From contig DAEB01000040.1 in assembly GCA_002495185.1 (NCBI GenBank), forward strand, positions 29,184 to 93,183: 64,000 bases of DNA, written 5' to 3'. The translations under genes and the position numbers were made by a program. This DNA comes from Thermoplasmata archaeon UBA184. GTDB lineage: Archaea; Thermoplasmatota; Thermoplasmata; Lutacidiplasmatales; UBA184. The notes below the pieces were generated by a model. The model made no database searches, was not told the DNA's origin, and saw only the letters and a list, made by a program, of their open reading frames with translations. Positions 8,318 through 18,444 of the stretch are shown here, piece by piece (the stretch's first letter is position 1; each line of letters opens with the position of its first letter).

Positions 8318-9208
8318 ATGTCAGCGGCAGGGACGATGCCCTCGACCAGCGTCCGGCCTCCGGACACGATCGTTCCCGCTCGCGGCGTAGGCCCCACGAT
8401 CCTTCTGGTGATGCTGGTGGTGATCGGATTGGCGGTCTATGTAGCGATCGATGAGGGGAGCAGTCCGAGTAGCTCGGGTCCGCCGAGCTCCTGCGTTCCT
8501 CCCGGCGGCCCGGGTTGTCCTACGGGGTCCAACGTAACGTTGCAGGTCTTCGTTCCGTACCAACCGGGGCTGGGCCAGAGCATCGTGTCGGTCACCGAGG
8601 GCCTCCCGGTCCCCGTGTCCCTTTCCCTTTCGTCCGCGCAAGTCCCGGGGAACTGGACCGTGTTTTGGGGAGACGGAACCTACACGACCCAGCTCGGGAC
8701 GGGCACTTCCGCGGAGTTCGTCCACACGTACACCGGACTTGGGCTCTTCGCTATCCTCGGCGCGGCGAACCTGGGGAACCGGACGGTGCTCAGCACCGGC
8801 GATCTCGTTCCCATCGAGATCGTCCCGGTCTCGCCGAGCGAGAGTTCGGGCGAGTTCCCGCTGCTCTTCACAAACCTCTCCAACGGCTCGTCCGGGGGGG
8901 TGAACTACCCCTGGGTGCACGTCGCCGGGACCGTCACCGTGTCCGCGCAGTACTCCGCGTTGCCCACGGATACCGGCTATCTGGCACAGCCACCCACTAT
9001 CTTCGGGTCGGCCGGAGCCGACCGGCAGTGGGGCTCCGCCACGGCAGTGAGCGCGACCGCGGCGTACTCGTTTGACTCGCCGGGGATGTACGTGCTCGAG
9101 ATGGTCGGCCCGGTCTTGAACCCGACCGGAACGATCTACCAGAACTACACCTGGTCCGTGTACGTCGCACCCATAGGCATCCCGCTTGAATGCAACGCCT
9201 GCGGTTGA
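8318..9208 (+). CDS. membrane-anchored extracellular protein with a PKD-like domain
   Basis: TM anchor GPTILLVMLVVIGLAVYVAI. WTVFWGDGTYTTQLGTGTSAEFVHTYTGLGLF matches the PKD signature (WDFGDG...HTY). Sequon-rich. Confidence 0.55.
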   Translation: MSAAGTMPSTSVRPPDTIVPARGVGPTILLVMLVVIGLAVYVAIDEGSSPSSSGPPSSCVPPGGPGCPTGSNVTLQVFVPYQPGLGQSIVSVTEGLPVPVSLSLSSAQVPGNWTVFWGDGTYTTQLGTGTSAEFVHTYTGLGLFAILGAANLGNRTVLSTGDLVPIEIVPVSPSESSGEFPLLFTNLSNGSSGGVNYPWVHVAGTVTVSAQYSALPTDTGYLAQPPTIFGSAGADRQWGSATAVSATAAYSFDSPGMYVLEMVGPVLNPTGTIYQNYTWSVYVAPIGIPLECNACG

Positions 9209-9246
9209 TGGCACGAAGGACCCGGTCGTAGCAGGATCGACGGTCG

Positions 9247-12200
9247 TCAGGCCAAGCCGGGAGGGGGCTCGGACGATTGACGGCGAACCCGCCTCGTCGC
9301 GACGACCACCGCGCCGATCGCCCCGGCGACTGCAACCCCGAGGACAACGTACCAATCCGTGAGGGGGAGTCCGAGCAAGGTGGTCGGCGCCGGAGCCACG
9401 CGGAACGAGAGCGTCCCGCTCTCGACAGTCACTCCGTTCGCGTCCGTGACGTTGACCATGACATAGAAGGTTCCCGACGCCGAGGGGGTGCATTCCACCA
9501 TCGAGTCGTTCGAGCTGGTACATCCCGTCGGGAGCCCGGACCACGCGAAGCCGAGGGGGCCGCGTCCACCGAGGGTGGTGACGGAGAAGGAGACGAGGGT
9601 CCCGACGACTCCGGAGCTGGAGGAGGAGGCGGGGCCGGTCACCGAAAGCGCAGGGTACACGGTGAACCCCACCGAGCCCTGGACGGGGAGACCATTCGAG
9701 TCCGTGATGGTCACGCTCGCGTTCCGCGTGCCCGATGCCGTCGGAGTACACTTCACCGAGGAGGAGTTCGCCCCGAGACATCCGACGGGGAGGCCGCTCC
9801 ACTGGTAGGTGAAGACGCCGGTCCCTCCCGAGAGACCGGCCGCGATGAACGTCACGTTCTCGCCAAGGTCGATGCTCGCCGGTACGGGAGAGATCCCGAG
9901 GAGGGACGGGTCGTTGTAGACGTGGTAGCTGGTCGTGGTGAAGCTCGTCCCATGGTTCGCGTCGACCACGGTGAGCTTCGCGACGCCCGCGCTCGCATTG
10001 GAGGGAACGCATGAGAGGCTCGTCGCGTTCGCCGAACTGCACCCAGCGGGAAGGTTCGACCACTGGTATTGGTAGGGGCCCACGCCACCGGTGGTGGGGC
10101 CGCTGGTCGCGAAACGGAGGGTCTGCCCGAGGTCCACGGTTTTCGGGAGAGCGGTCAGCGACCCGAGGGAAGGGTCGGAGTGAACGGCGAACGAGACGGT
10201 GCCGCTGGTCCCGACCCCACCCGCGGAGTCGTTGACCTGGACCTGGACGGAAGAGTTGCCGGTCGCTGACGGGGTGCACGTGAGGCTCGCGGAGGAGACG
10301 GGAGTGCAACCGCTCGGGAGCCCTTCCCAGAGGTAGGCGTACCCGCCGGAGCCCCCGGAGACCTTGACCGTGAAGGTGGCCGCCTCGCCAAGGTCGATGG
10401 ACGGGGCCGGAGTTACGGAGGGCGTCGTGACCGACGGGCCGCCCGAGACCACGAACGAGAGCGTCGGGCTCGGGACGAAGAAGCTGCTCGCATCGGTGAT
10501 GTTGACCTGGACGGGATAGGTTCCGGGCGCGGGAGGCGTGCACGTCGGCGCGGCGGTGTTGGTTCGATTGCACGGCGCGGGAAGTCCGCTCCAGCTGAAG
10601 GAGTAGGGGGAGGCGCCGCCCGTCGGGGAGACGGTGAAGGTCACCGGCGCGCCGGTCTCGACCGTCGATCGGCTCGGCGATGGGACTCCGACCGTAGGGT
10701 CGGCGTGGACGGTGAAACTGAGATTCGCGCTCGTGAAGGATCGGCTCGAGGAATCGGTGACCGTGAGGTTGACCTTGTACGTCCCGGTGTTAGTCGGAGT
10801 GCACAAGAGCGTCAGGGTCGTCGAGACACCGCACCCCAACCCCGAGGGACTTGTCTGCCACGTGTACGTGTCCCCGCCCGAGCCGGGCGAAAGAAGGGTG
10901 CTCTCGAAGCTAACCGATTGCCCCAGGTCGACGGTGCCTTGAGTCGGCGCGGGCTTGCTGACCGCCGGGGTGCACCCCTCGGAAACGGTGACGCTCGTGG
11001 TGGACCCCGCGGCCACCAGGCATTCCCCGAGGTCGGTGTGGGACGACGTCGAGTTGACCCATACGTGGTACAGGCCCGGAACCAGGGTGAGGGTCGCCGC
11101 ATCGTTCGTGAAGCGCCAGACGCTCCCAGGGATCGCGACCGTCCCCGAGGGGATTCCGGTCGCGGTGATCGCGATCTCGCCGACCTGGTTCTGAGAATAC
11201 GCCTGAGCCGGCGTCGCGTTCCGTGTCGTCCCGTTGAGCTGGAGGGTGAGGGGAAGTCCCGCCGGGTCGTGCGAGAAGATCGACTGGATGTTGCTGACCG
11301 TCTCCGCCGTGTTGGCTCCGAAGTTCCAGACGGACGGAGTCGCTTCGAAATTGTGTCCGTTCCAGTATTCGAGGCTGGAGGTGAGATGGGTCGGGTTGGC
11401 GGCGGCCGTCGAAGAGCCCCCTCCCGGTCCCCCGATCGCGAGCTCGGCGTCGTAGAACCAGCCGCCGGGGTTGTAGTTGAAACCGTCCACGACGAAGTTG
11501 TTGTCCGCGCTCGTCGCGGTCGCCCAGGGCCAGACGACGTTGTCGTAGGTGACGTAGTAGTTCGTGACCCCGTCCCAGTACTCGAACGCCACTTCGGGGG
11601 TTCCCGACCCACTCATGTAGGACTTTACGAGAACTCCGAAATCCCCGGGGGTTGGCATGTTCTCATTCGCCCCCGGTTGCGTGGTCGCGCCGACGGCGTA
11701 GTAGCCCACGCACCCCGAGATCGGGTAGACCGTGCCGTTCCCCGTGACCGCCGTGTTGTCGAGGCAGCTCGAGCTCGTCGTCATGTTCCAGATGTTGTTC
11801 TCGAACTGCAGGTTCTTGCTCGAGGAATCCATGAACGCGACGTCCTGGATCCAGTAGGCGTACGTGACGCCGGACTGTACGAACTGAAGAACGACGTTCA
11901 GCTGGTCTGAGAAGTAGGTATCCCCGCTCTCCTGGATGTTCATGTTTTGCCAGGAGAAGTTTCCGAGGAACTCGGACGTGCTGTACGTGTAGGGGTTCCC
12001 GCCCTGGCCGACGCCGAAGTCACCGATGCCCATCGGAGCCGGCTCGGAACCGTACCCCCCCGTGGGACTGACCTTCGCCGGAGCAGGGAGACCGATCCGA
12101 TGAACGTGCACCGGGGGAAACGCAATGGGGCGAGAGCCCGGCGCACCGTGCGGCGTAGGGACGGGCACCGAAGGAGGGGTTGTCGACGCAGGATGGGGCT

Positions 12201-12321
12201 CTCCCCAAGAGCCGCCCAGGGCCATCAGGACCGTTCCAATGACCACTCCGAGGGCCACCGACGCGGTGACCTTCCACGTCCGTCGAGATTCCGCGCGAAG
12301 CCGGGGGGTGGGCATAGGCAC
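9247..12321 (-). CDS. large surface protein (1024 aa): signal/TM, ~450-aa N-terminal domain (possibly thermopsin-like peptidase A5), six tandem PKD/Ig-like repeats, C-terminal TM anchor
   Basis: N-terminus MPMPTPRLRAESRRTWKVTASVALGVVIGTVLMALGG. Repeats of ~85 aa each contain Y.W..LP.GC....T...C.P...G (e.g. YQYQWSNLPAGCSSANATSLSCVPSNASAGVAKLTVVD). C-terminus WYVVLGVAVAGAIGAVVVATRRVRRQ. Extremely rich in N-x-S/T. The antisense ORFs 8321..10573 and 10705..11910 were rejected. Confidence 0.7.
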   Translation of the reverse strand: MPMPTPRLRAESRRTWKVTASVALGVVIGTVLMALGGSWGEPHPASTTPPSVPVPTPHGAPGSRPIAFPPVHVHRIGLPAPAKVSPTGGYGSEPAPMGIGDFGVGQGGNPYTYSTSEFLGNFSWQNMNIQESGDTYFSDQLNVVLQFVQSGVTYAYWIQDVAFMDSSSKNLQFENNIWNMTTSSSCLDNTAVTGNGTVYPISGCVGYYAVGATTQPGANENMPTPGDFGVLVKSYMSGSGTPEVAFEYWDGVTNYYVTYDNVVWPWATATSADNNFVVDGFNYNPGGWFYDAELAIGGPGGGSSTAAANPTHLTSSLEYWNGHNFEATPSVWNFGANTAETVSNIQSIFSHDPAGLPLTLQLNGTTRNATPAQAYSQNQVGEIAITATGIPSGTVAIPGSVWRFTNDAATLTLVPGLYHVWVNSTSSHTDLGECLVAAGSTTSVTVSEGCTPAVSKPAPTQGTVDLGQSVSFESTLLSPGSGGDTYTWQTSPSGLGCGVSTTLTLLCTPTNTGTYKVNLTVTDSSSRSFTSANLSFTVHADPTVGVPSPSRSTVETGAPVTFTVSPTGGASPYSFSWSGLPAPCNRTNTAAPTCTPPAPGTYPVQVNITDASSFFVPSPTLSFVVSGGPSVTTPSVTPAPSIDLGEAATFTVKVSGGSGGYAYLWEGLPSGCTPVSSASLTCTPSATGNSSVQVQVNDSAGGVGTSGTVSFAVHSDPSLGSLTALPKTVDLGQTLRFATSGPTTGGVGPYQYQWSNLPAGCSSANATSLSCVPSNASAGVAKLTVVDANHGTSFTTTSYHVYNDPSLLGISPVPASIDLGENVTFIAAGLSGGTGVFTYQWSGLPVGCLGANSSSVKCTPTASGTRNASVTITDSNGLPVQGSVGFTVYPALSVTGPASSSSSGVVGTLVSFSVTTLGGRGPLGFAWSGLPTGCTSSNDSMVECTPSASGTFYVMVNVTDANGVTVESGTLSFRVAPAPTTLLGLPLTDWYVVLGVAVAGAIGAVVVATRRVRRQSSEPPPGLA

Positions 12322-12405
12322 GCTTCTCTGGGTTGCGCTGACCCTGCCTATAATGGTTGAGTCCTGCCGAGAGGAAGTTGCGGTCGGCCGGGCGTCGCGC
12401 GTCGG

Positions 12406-13230
12406 CTACGGAAGCGGGAGGGGCGACGTGGAACCCGAGTAGCTTTCGGTTCCGAACACCGTGAACGTGAGCCCGAGCCCGGTCGGGTTCGACGGGCCCA
12501 TGTCGATGAGGATGACGTCGATGGAGGTGAGCGGATACGTGGCGGCGATCCCGGGGCCGTACACGAGCCAGCCCGTCGCCATCGACAGCTGGTTCCCCAT
12601 CTGGGTCGAGTTGCTCTGGGCCTCCACGTTGCCGATGACACCGATCACCGAGAATCCCCCGGAGCCGGTCAGGATCGGGTACTGCCCGCCGGCGGCGGTC
12701 CGCACGGAGAAGAGGACGTCTCCGAAATCCGCCGAGGACGCTTCGATGGTGATGGAGTAGGTGTAATCACCGCCGTTGCAGCCGTTCGAGACGAAGGTGT
12801 ACCCCGTCGCGCAGTTCCCGGCCACCGGGTTGCCCACGGCGAAAGCGCTCCCGATCGGGAGGAGGGACGACGTGAAGGTGATGTTGACCCAGCTTTGCAG
12901 GTAGAGAGTGGTCACGATGCCCGAGGGCGGGGACGCCGTGTAGTTCTGCACCGGTAGCACCGTGAAATTGTACGTCCCCCCATTGACCGAGAACGAGATC
13001 GAATCGCTCGCGCCCTGGACGGTTGATGTCTCCGTCACGCCGTTGAGGGTGACCCCCCAGAGCACGCCCGGAGCAAGGCCGGTTTCTCCGAACACGACCG
13101 TGTCGCCTCCCCCCGGGGTGGAATTCAGTACGAAAAAGCCCCACAGGGCCACTCCGGCGGCGATGATCCCGATGACCAGGAAGACGACGGTGAGGGACTT
13201 GAGGGACGTGGCGGCCCGGGGCCGGCGCAT
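12406..13230 (-). CDS. secreted/membrane-anchored protein, paralog B of the CATG..NGC..LDMG family
   Basis: N-terminal MRRPRAATSLKSLTVVFLVIGIIAAGVALWGFFVL. C-terminal GNCATGYTFVSNGCNGGDYTYSITI...GGFSVIGV...IDVILIDMGPSNPTGLGLTF...PLPLP aligns residue-for-residue with the C-terminus of ORF 6783..8096. Confidence 0.6.
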   Translation of the reverse strand: MRRPRAATSLKSLTVVFLVIGIIAAGVALWGFFVLNSTPGGGDTVVFGETGLAPGVLWGVTLNGVTETSTVQGASDSISFSVNGGTYNFTVLPVQNYTASPPSGIVTTLYLQSWVNITFTSSLLPIGSAFAVGNPVAGNCATGYTFVSNGCNGGDYTYSITIEASSADFGDVLFSVRTAAGGQYPILTGSGGFSVIGVIGNVEAQSNSTQMGNQLSMATGWLVYGPGIAATYPLTSIDVILIDMGPSNPTGLGLTFTVFGTESYSGSTSPLPLP

Positions 13231-13372
13231 CAGGAGTGTAGAGTTCCTGTCCCCTCATATTGCCTCCGACCAACACCGCGACCAGGTCGCGGTCCGCTCA
13301 ACGCAACTGCCGTCGCGCCCTGACCGGCGGCACGCGGGAATCCACGACGACGGGCTCGCGAGCGACGGTGGC

Positions 13373-15679
13373 CTAGGGCTGCAGCGCCACCGTGACAACG
13401 CTCAGGGAGATCCATCCGATCGAGCGTCCGTTCTGGAGCGCGAGGAATCCTCGCAGCTCGACCGTCGGGTATGGGTAGGCGATGTGGAGGGGAAAGCTCA
13501 GTGAAGTCCATTGGGCGGGCGATAACTCCGACGCGTTCACGGGGACCCGGAAGAAGGTGGAGACGTTCTGGCTCCCCAACCACGTGGAGTCCAGGTAGGC
13601 GATAGGACCCGGCGGAGAGGAGGAGTTGGCGGTACCCCCCTTCACGCTGAACGTCGCGACGTAGTCGCCCGGAAGGAACGTCGCGTACGGGCCGTACCAG
13701 ATACCGGCCTCTACGTCCGCGAGGGGCCCTGTCGCAACTGAGGCGATGACAGTCCCCGTCAGACTGGTCGGGTCCGACACGACCCGCCCGGAGGGTCCCA
13801 GGCTGAGGTGGGAGGCGGTGTACTCGTACACCGTCGGAGGCGGTTGGACCTCCCGCACCTGAGGAACGCCCTGGTATCCAAGTTCGAAGAGGTAGATCGT
13901 CCCCGGAAACGAGTTCGAATAGATGTACGCGACCAGGCCGTAGACGGAGCTGTTGAACAGGTCGCTCTGAAGGAAGGCCGGGACGATCAGGAACTCTGAA
14001 GCGTCCGCGAGCACGAAGCGGGGGAGGTTGTTCGGCGAGAACGGGAAGTCCGGCACGGGATTCTGGGCGTTGATCACGAACCAGGGAAGTGGCCAGGCGT
14101 TCGGGTCGTTCGCAACGTAGGGGAACAGCCGGTCGGAGGCCAGGACCTGGCCGTTCGAGGGAATGTAGGAAACGATCCACGGCATCGATGAGGAGGCCGG
14201 ATTCACGGTGTATCGAAACTCATACCCCGGAAGGGGGGTCGCGCCGAAGTTGGCGGTGTTGAACGGCGACATCGCCCCGTCCAACACGAGAATCGCAACG
14301 ACCGTCCCGAGGACGACCCCCGGGACCGCGAACCGGCTCGTCCGACCGGGCAGCGTCCAACGCCGCGGGGCCGGGCGCTCGGTCCGGACACGGCGGAGAA
14401 GAACCACGAGGATGCTCGCGACGAGAAGCAGGCCCGCGGGAACCCAGAAGTACGGTCCGGCGGTGTACCGCAGCAGGCGCGTCGAGCCTCCGGGAACCAG
14501 AGCGAGCGCCATCAGGAATCCGGAGCCGGCCAGCAGCGGCAGGACGAGCAGGAACGAGCGGACCTCCGTCCAATCCAGTCGCTCGAGCTCCCTCAGGCCG
14601 AACACCGCCCCGATCGTGAGCGGGGGGACGGCGATGAGCGCCTGCGAACCGCCGAAGTACGCGGAGAATCCCGGCGCGACGAACACCGAGTAGAGGAACC
14701 ACGGCAGCGAGAGGATCAGGTATCGAGGGGCCAGGATCGGGAGGAACCCGAGGGTGGCGAGCAACAGCAACCAGTACCCGAAGGAATGGGGCAGGGTCGC
14801 CGCATTGGCACCGTAGCCGAAGATGAGCGACAGGCCGCCCGGTCCACCGGCCGTGACGGGGGCCACTCCCAGAACCGCCGGGACCAGCACGTACTGGATG
14901 GCTCGAACGGCGAAGTAGGCGACCCCGGCGAGGACGAGGAAGGCGAGCATGATCCTCACCGGACGGTCCTTCAGCATCGCTCGCCAGGAGAACCGGAGCA
15001 GCTGCCCCCGTTCCACGAGGACCAGAAGGACCACCGCAACGGCGAGGAAGGGGAACACTTCGAGAGTCATCGTTCCCATGACGAACGGCACCAGCGAGAG
15101 CGAGTAGCGTCCCCGCGACACCAGAACGAAGAACGAGAGAATCTCCACGGGGAGGAACGACTCCCAGTGAAAATCGTACATCAATCCGGCCAGGATCGCG
15201 AACGACACGAAGTAGAGGAGGAGGATCGACCCCACCAGCTCGACCCGCCGAAGCGACCCGCGAGCCAGATAGTAGAGCGGGATACCCGAGGCCGCAAAGA
15301 CCGTCGACTGCACCGCGAAGAGCGTGAGCGGGACGGGCCACGCCGCGTACAGCGGCACGACGAGCGCCGCGACGTACGTGCTGTGGACCTGTAGGAAGGA
15401 GTGCACGCCGTAGAACGAGCGGTCCGGGGTCTCGTAGAAGAGCTGGCCGTGGGCCGTCGTCCACAGAAGCTGTTGGTTCACGCCGAGGTCCCAAGCGCTG
15501 GTGAAGAAGTTCTCGTTGCGGAGGTTCGAGAAGTAGGCGATCACGACCGCGTAGGCGGCCAATAGGACCCCGAGGACGAGCCATCCCCGGTAGGGGCCGC
15601 GCAGGAGAGCGACAAGGCCCCGGGTCCTGGTTTCTTCGCGGTTCGGTGTGGGGGGCTGCTCGCTCGGACTCGCTGACAA
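13373..15679 (-). CDS. large polytopic membrane protein (768 aa), GT-C-like/DUF2079-like candidate glycosyltransferase with ~350-aa extracytoplasmic C-terminal domain; paralog of 19792..22260
   Basis: ~12 predicted TM helices. First extracytoplasmic loop FTSAWDLGVNQQLLWTTAHG carries the conserved acidic residue, as in GT-C enzymes. LTLFAVQSTVFAASGIPLYYLARG and the C-terminal blocks (DRLFPYVANDPNAW, SVYGLVAYIYSNSFPGTIYLFELGY, IWYGPYATFLPGDY) are conserved in the paralog. Confidence 0.7.
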   Translation of the reverse strand: MSASPSEQPPTPNREETRTRGLVALLRGPYRGWLVLGVLLAAYAVVIAYFSNLRNENFFTSAWDLGVNQQLLWTTAHGQLFYETPDRSFYGVHSFLQVHSTYVAALVVPLYAAWPVPLTLFAVQSTVFAASGIPLYYLARGSLRRVELVGSILLLYFVSFAILAGLMYDFHWESFLPVEILSFFVLVSRGRYSLSLVPFVMGTMTLEVFPFLAVAVVLLVLVERGQLLRFSWRAMLKDRPVRIMLAFLVLAGVAYFAVRAIQYVLVPAVLGVAPVTAGGPGGLSLIFGYGANAATLPHSFGYWLLLLATLGFLPILAPRYLILSLPWFLYSVFVAPGFSAYFGGSQALIAVPPLTIGAVFGLRELERLDWTEVRSFLLVLPLLAGSGFLMALALVPGGSTRLLRYTAGPYFWVPAGLLLVASILVVLLRRVRTERPAPRRWTLPGRTSRFAVPGVVLGTVVAILVLDGAMSPFNTANFGATPLPGYEFRYTVNPASSSMPWIVSYIPSNGQVLASDRLFPYVANDPNAWPLPWFVINAQNPVPDFPFSPNNLPRFVLADASEFLIVPAFLQSDLFNSSVYGLVAYIYSNSFPGTIYLFELGYQGVPQVREVQPPPTVYEYTASHLSLGPSGRVVSDPTSLTGTVIASVATGPLADVEAGIWYGPYATFLPGDYVATFSVKGGTANSSSPPGPIAYLDSTWLGSQNVSTFFRVPVNASELSPAQWTSLSFPLHIAYPYPTVELRGFLALQNGRSIGWISLSVVTVALQP

Positions 15680-15831
15680 CCCGTTACTCCCCTACTGCAC
15701 TCTGGGAACAGTCTGTTGGGCCCGGGCCGACCGACCGGGAGCCCATCACACAGTCTCCCCCAAGAACTTTGCCCGGGAGAGGCCGCCTCACCGGAAACGT
15801 CGGTGCCAAGAAGGCGGCGCCCCGGAGGTCT

Positions 15832-16923
15832 TCACAAATCCCGGAACGCCCGCTCGACCGACTCTCGGAACGCGGCGGGCGAAAACCTCTCCCCGCGCCG
15901 AAGGGACCGTTCGGCAGCCGCCTGGTAGGCCGCCGGCCCGCTGAGGCTCGCGAGCGCCGCGAGCCACGGCCCGGTGTCGGTAGGCTCGAACAATGACCCG
16001 GAATCACCGACGATCTCGGCGAGCGGAGCGATGTTGCTGGCGAGCACCGGCAGGCCGAACGCCATGGCCTCGATCACCGGGCGTCCGAACCCTTCATGCA
16101 GGGAAGGATGCACGAGGACGTCGTTCGTCTCGTACACCTGGTCGATGGAGGCAACCTCCGAGATGGTGGTGAGATTGGGGAGGTTCATCTGCGACACGAG
16201 GGCCCGAGTCTTCGACCGCAGGCGCGACAGGATAGTGAACTGAATCCGGTCGGCGTCCTTCCCTCGTGCCGAGTCCTGCGCGAGTCGGACTACGAACTCG
16301 AGGTTCTTGTAGGGGCGGTCGGTCGACACGCAGAGGACGCGGACCTTCCCCGTGGCTCGAATCCGCTCGAGGGACGCGGAGACGTGTTCCGGGTGGAAAC
16401 CGAGCGAGTGCGTTTCGGGAACGACCCGGACCTGTTCTGGCGATACCCCCTGCTGCGTGACCTCCGTGGCCATCGACTCCGTCGGCACGAAGACTCTTTG
16501 CGCCAACCGCAGGCGGGGAATCGCGTAATGAAACATCCAGGTCGATGCGCGACGGTCGGCGAACCGGGTCAGCGGCTTCAGGTCGTGCACCCGAATGGCG
16601 CACCGAGGGTGGAAGCGAGCGGCGTTGACCAGCGTGGGGTCCATCAGGAACACGATATCGCTGGGGATCCGTCGGAGTCGATCGGGGAACGTCCAGAGGC
16701 GGTTGATCCCCATGTCGACCGTCTGATTGGGGAATCCCAGGCCCCGCACGACGTGGTCGGGGTTCGATAGAGGGGATTGCACGCCTCGATCCAGGCACTG
16801 GTACCAGGAGACCCCGTACCCCAGCTCCGTGAGGGCGGTCCGGAAGGCGAGGCCGTCCAGGCTGATCCCGTCGGTCTTCCCGGAGGCGTTCACGATGGCG
16901 ATCGTCGGGGTGGGGGGTCGCAT
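15832..16923 (-). CDS. GT4-family glycosyltransferase
   Basis: C-terminal HEGFGRPVIEAMAFGLPVLASNIAPLAEIVGDSGSLF is the GT4 E-x7-E nucleotide-sugar-binding motif. Start may be at 16956 (longer ORF) or 16923 (MRPPTP). Confidence 0.8.
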   Translation of the reverse strand: MRPPTPTIAIVNASGKTDGISLDGLAFRTALTELGYGVSWYQCLDRGVQSPLSNPDHVVRGLGFPNQTVDMGINRLWTFPDRLRRIPSDIVFLMDPTLVNAARFHPRCAIRVHDLKPLTRFADRRASTWMFHYAIPRLRLAQRVFVPTESMATEVTQQGVSPEQVRVVPETHSLGFHPEHVSASLERIRATGKVRVLCVSTDRPYKNLEFVVRLAQDSARGKDADRIQFTILSRLRSKTRALVSQMNLPNLTTISEVASIDQVYETNDVLVHPSLHEGFGRPVIEAMAFGLPVLASNIAPLAEIVGDSGSLFEPTDTGPWLAALASLSGPAAYQAAAERSLRRGERFSPAAFRESVERAFRDL

Positions 16924-17210
16924 GGCTTCTGGATCCGCGCGCCGTTCAGAGCGCACGAGTTCTAGACAGGTAGGGTGGCGGCCTCACTTTAGGAGTCGGG
17001 GTCGATTCGACGACGGCGGGTGTGCGTCCGCCTCAGTAGGGGGCGCCGGACTCCTCCGCATGGCGCAGAACCTCGTCCTCCCGCACCCCGGGTTCCCCGA
17101 CAGAGCTCTGGTTTAAGCCGTCGCAGTCCTCGTCTCGGCGTTGCCGCAGTACCAAAGATTAATTACCACTGCACGGGCGTTCTCGAGAGAGGACCGGGGT
17201 TGGGATCACG

Positions 17211-18428
17211 ATGAAACGACTCCTCCTCGTCACCGACCCGATCGGCGGGTCGACGTCGGTCCAGTTTGAGATCCTCAGTTCGCTGACGACGGGCCTTCGA
17301 CCCCGCTACGAGCTCTTCGTCTTCACGCCCTACTGCGACGAGGAACGTTCGGCCGCCCTGAGCCAGCTCGGCTGCCAGCTGATCACCCCCCGGTCTTCCG
17401 GCCTCAGCTTCGAGTCCTTCATCCCCGCGGACGGCCGGCGGAACGAGTCGATGCTCTGGGCGACCAGCTGGGTGCGCGAAGCGCTGTTCGCTCGGAACAG
17501 CTCGGACGCCGCTGCGTGCCTGAGGACGCATCCGGTGGACTACACGGTCAACCTCTCCATGACCGTGCCGGCGCATTGTGACCTCTGGTGGATCCTCGGA
17601 ACCCCCCTCGACCAGACCATCCGGGGGATGGCGGGGTTCAACCTGGTCGCACGTCTCGTCGATGCCGCCTCCCATCGTTTGGTCGCTTCGTTGGACGAGA
17701 GGGTGTTGCGCCGGATCCAGTCCCAATCCGTCCGATTCCTGGCGAACTCTCCGTACCTCCAGAGCCTCTACCGAGACCGGGGCTTCCCGGTGGAGGGGGT
17801 CGTCTACACCCTGAAGGACCTCTCGGGATTCCATCCCACGTCGCCGCATCCGACCCGGGATTACGTCCTCCTCTACGTCGGAAAGGAGCTCGACAACCTC
17901 GACTTCCCGGCCCTCGTCCGCGCGGGGGTTCGGATCGTGGGATTCGGGAACAAGGTTCCCGCTGGCACGCAGCTGAAGAAGTTCACCGAATCGATCGAGT
18001 GGCTGGGGCCCGTGAGCCAGAGCGAGCTCATCGACCTCTACGCGAACGCGCTCTTCACCCTGTTCCCCTTCACGTGCGAGCCGATGGGGCTCGTTCCCAT
18101 CGAGTCGATGGCGTGCGGCACCCCGGTCCTCACCTATGCCCGCCAGGGTCCGGGGTCGACGGTCCTCCCGGGCTCCACCGGTTGGCTCGTCGACACCCCC
18201 GACCAGATGCTCGCCAAAGCGAAGGAGATCTGGTCGCGCCGGGATTCCGGCATCTCCCCCGCCGGGTGCATTCGTCGGGCTCGGGAGTTCATCGGCCAGC
18301 GGATGGTGGATGAGCTGGTCGATTGGATCGAGGGGATGTGCGCGTTGGACGGGTCGAACGCCCCCCTCGACCGCGCCCGCCGGGAACTGACGCCGGGCGC
18401 GAAGCCGATGCTGATGGGCCGGGCGTAG
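17211..18428 (+). CDS. GT4-family glycosyltransferase
   Basis: FPFTCEPMGLVPIESMACGTPVLTYARQGPGSTVLPGSTGWLVD is a GT1/GT4 C-terminal domain. The antisense ORF 17163..18629 was rejected as a GC artefact. Confidence 0.75.
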   Translation: MKRLLLVTDPIGGSTSVQFEILSSLTTGLRPRYELFVFTPYCDEERSAALSQLGCQLITPRSSGLSFESFIPADGRRNESMLWATSWVREALFARNSSDAAACLRTHPVDYTVNLSMTVPAHCDLWWILGTPLDQTIRGMAGFNLVARLVDAASHRLVASLDERVLRRIQSQSVRFLANSPYLQSLYRDRGFPVEGVVYTLKDLSGFHPTSPHPTRDYVLLYVGKELDNLDFPALVRAGVRIVGFGNKVPAGTQLKKFTESIEWLGPVSQSELIDLYANALFTLFPFTCEPMGLVPIESMACGTPVLTYARQGPGSTVLPGSTGWLVDTPDQMLAKAKEIWSRRDSGISPAGCIRRAREFIGQRMVDELVDWIEGMCALDGSNAPLDRARRELTPGAKPMLMGRA

Positions 18429-18444
18429 GATCCGGCGCTGCCGG

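Noticed and set aside
8321-10573. 750-aa minus-strand ORF spanning the PKD protein gene and part of the 1024-aa surface protein region in another frame
   Set aside because: Arg/His/Pro-rich low-complexity translation. Overlaps the + strand PKD gene (WGDG...HTY motif) and is out of frame with the repeat-bearing surface protein.
10705-11910. 401-aa plus-strand ORF antisense to the large surface protein
   Set aside because: Charged/low-complexity. The minus strand shows periodic PKD-like repeats.
14220-15584. 454-aa minus-strand alternative frame within the DUF2079-like gene, and 14786..15394 + antisense
   Set aside because: Out-of-frame or antisense products are Arg/Pro/Gly rich. The chosen frame gives ~12 TM helices and paralog conservation.
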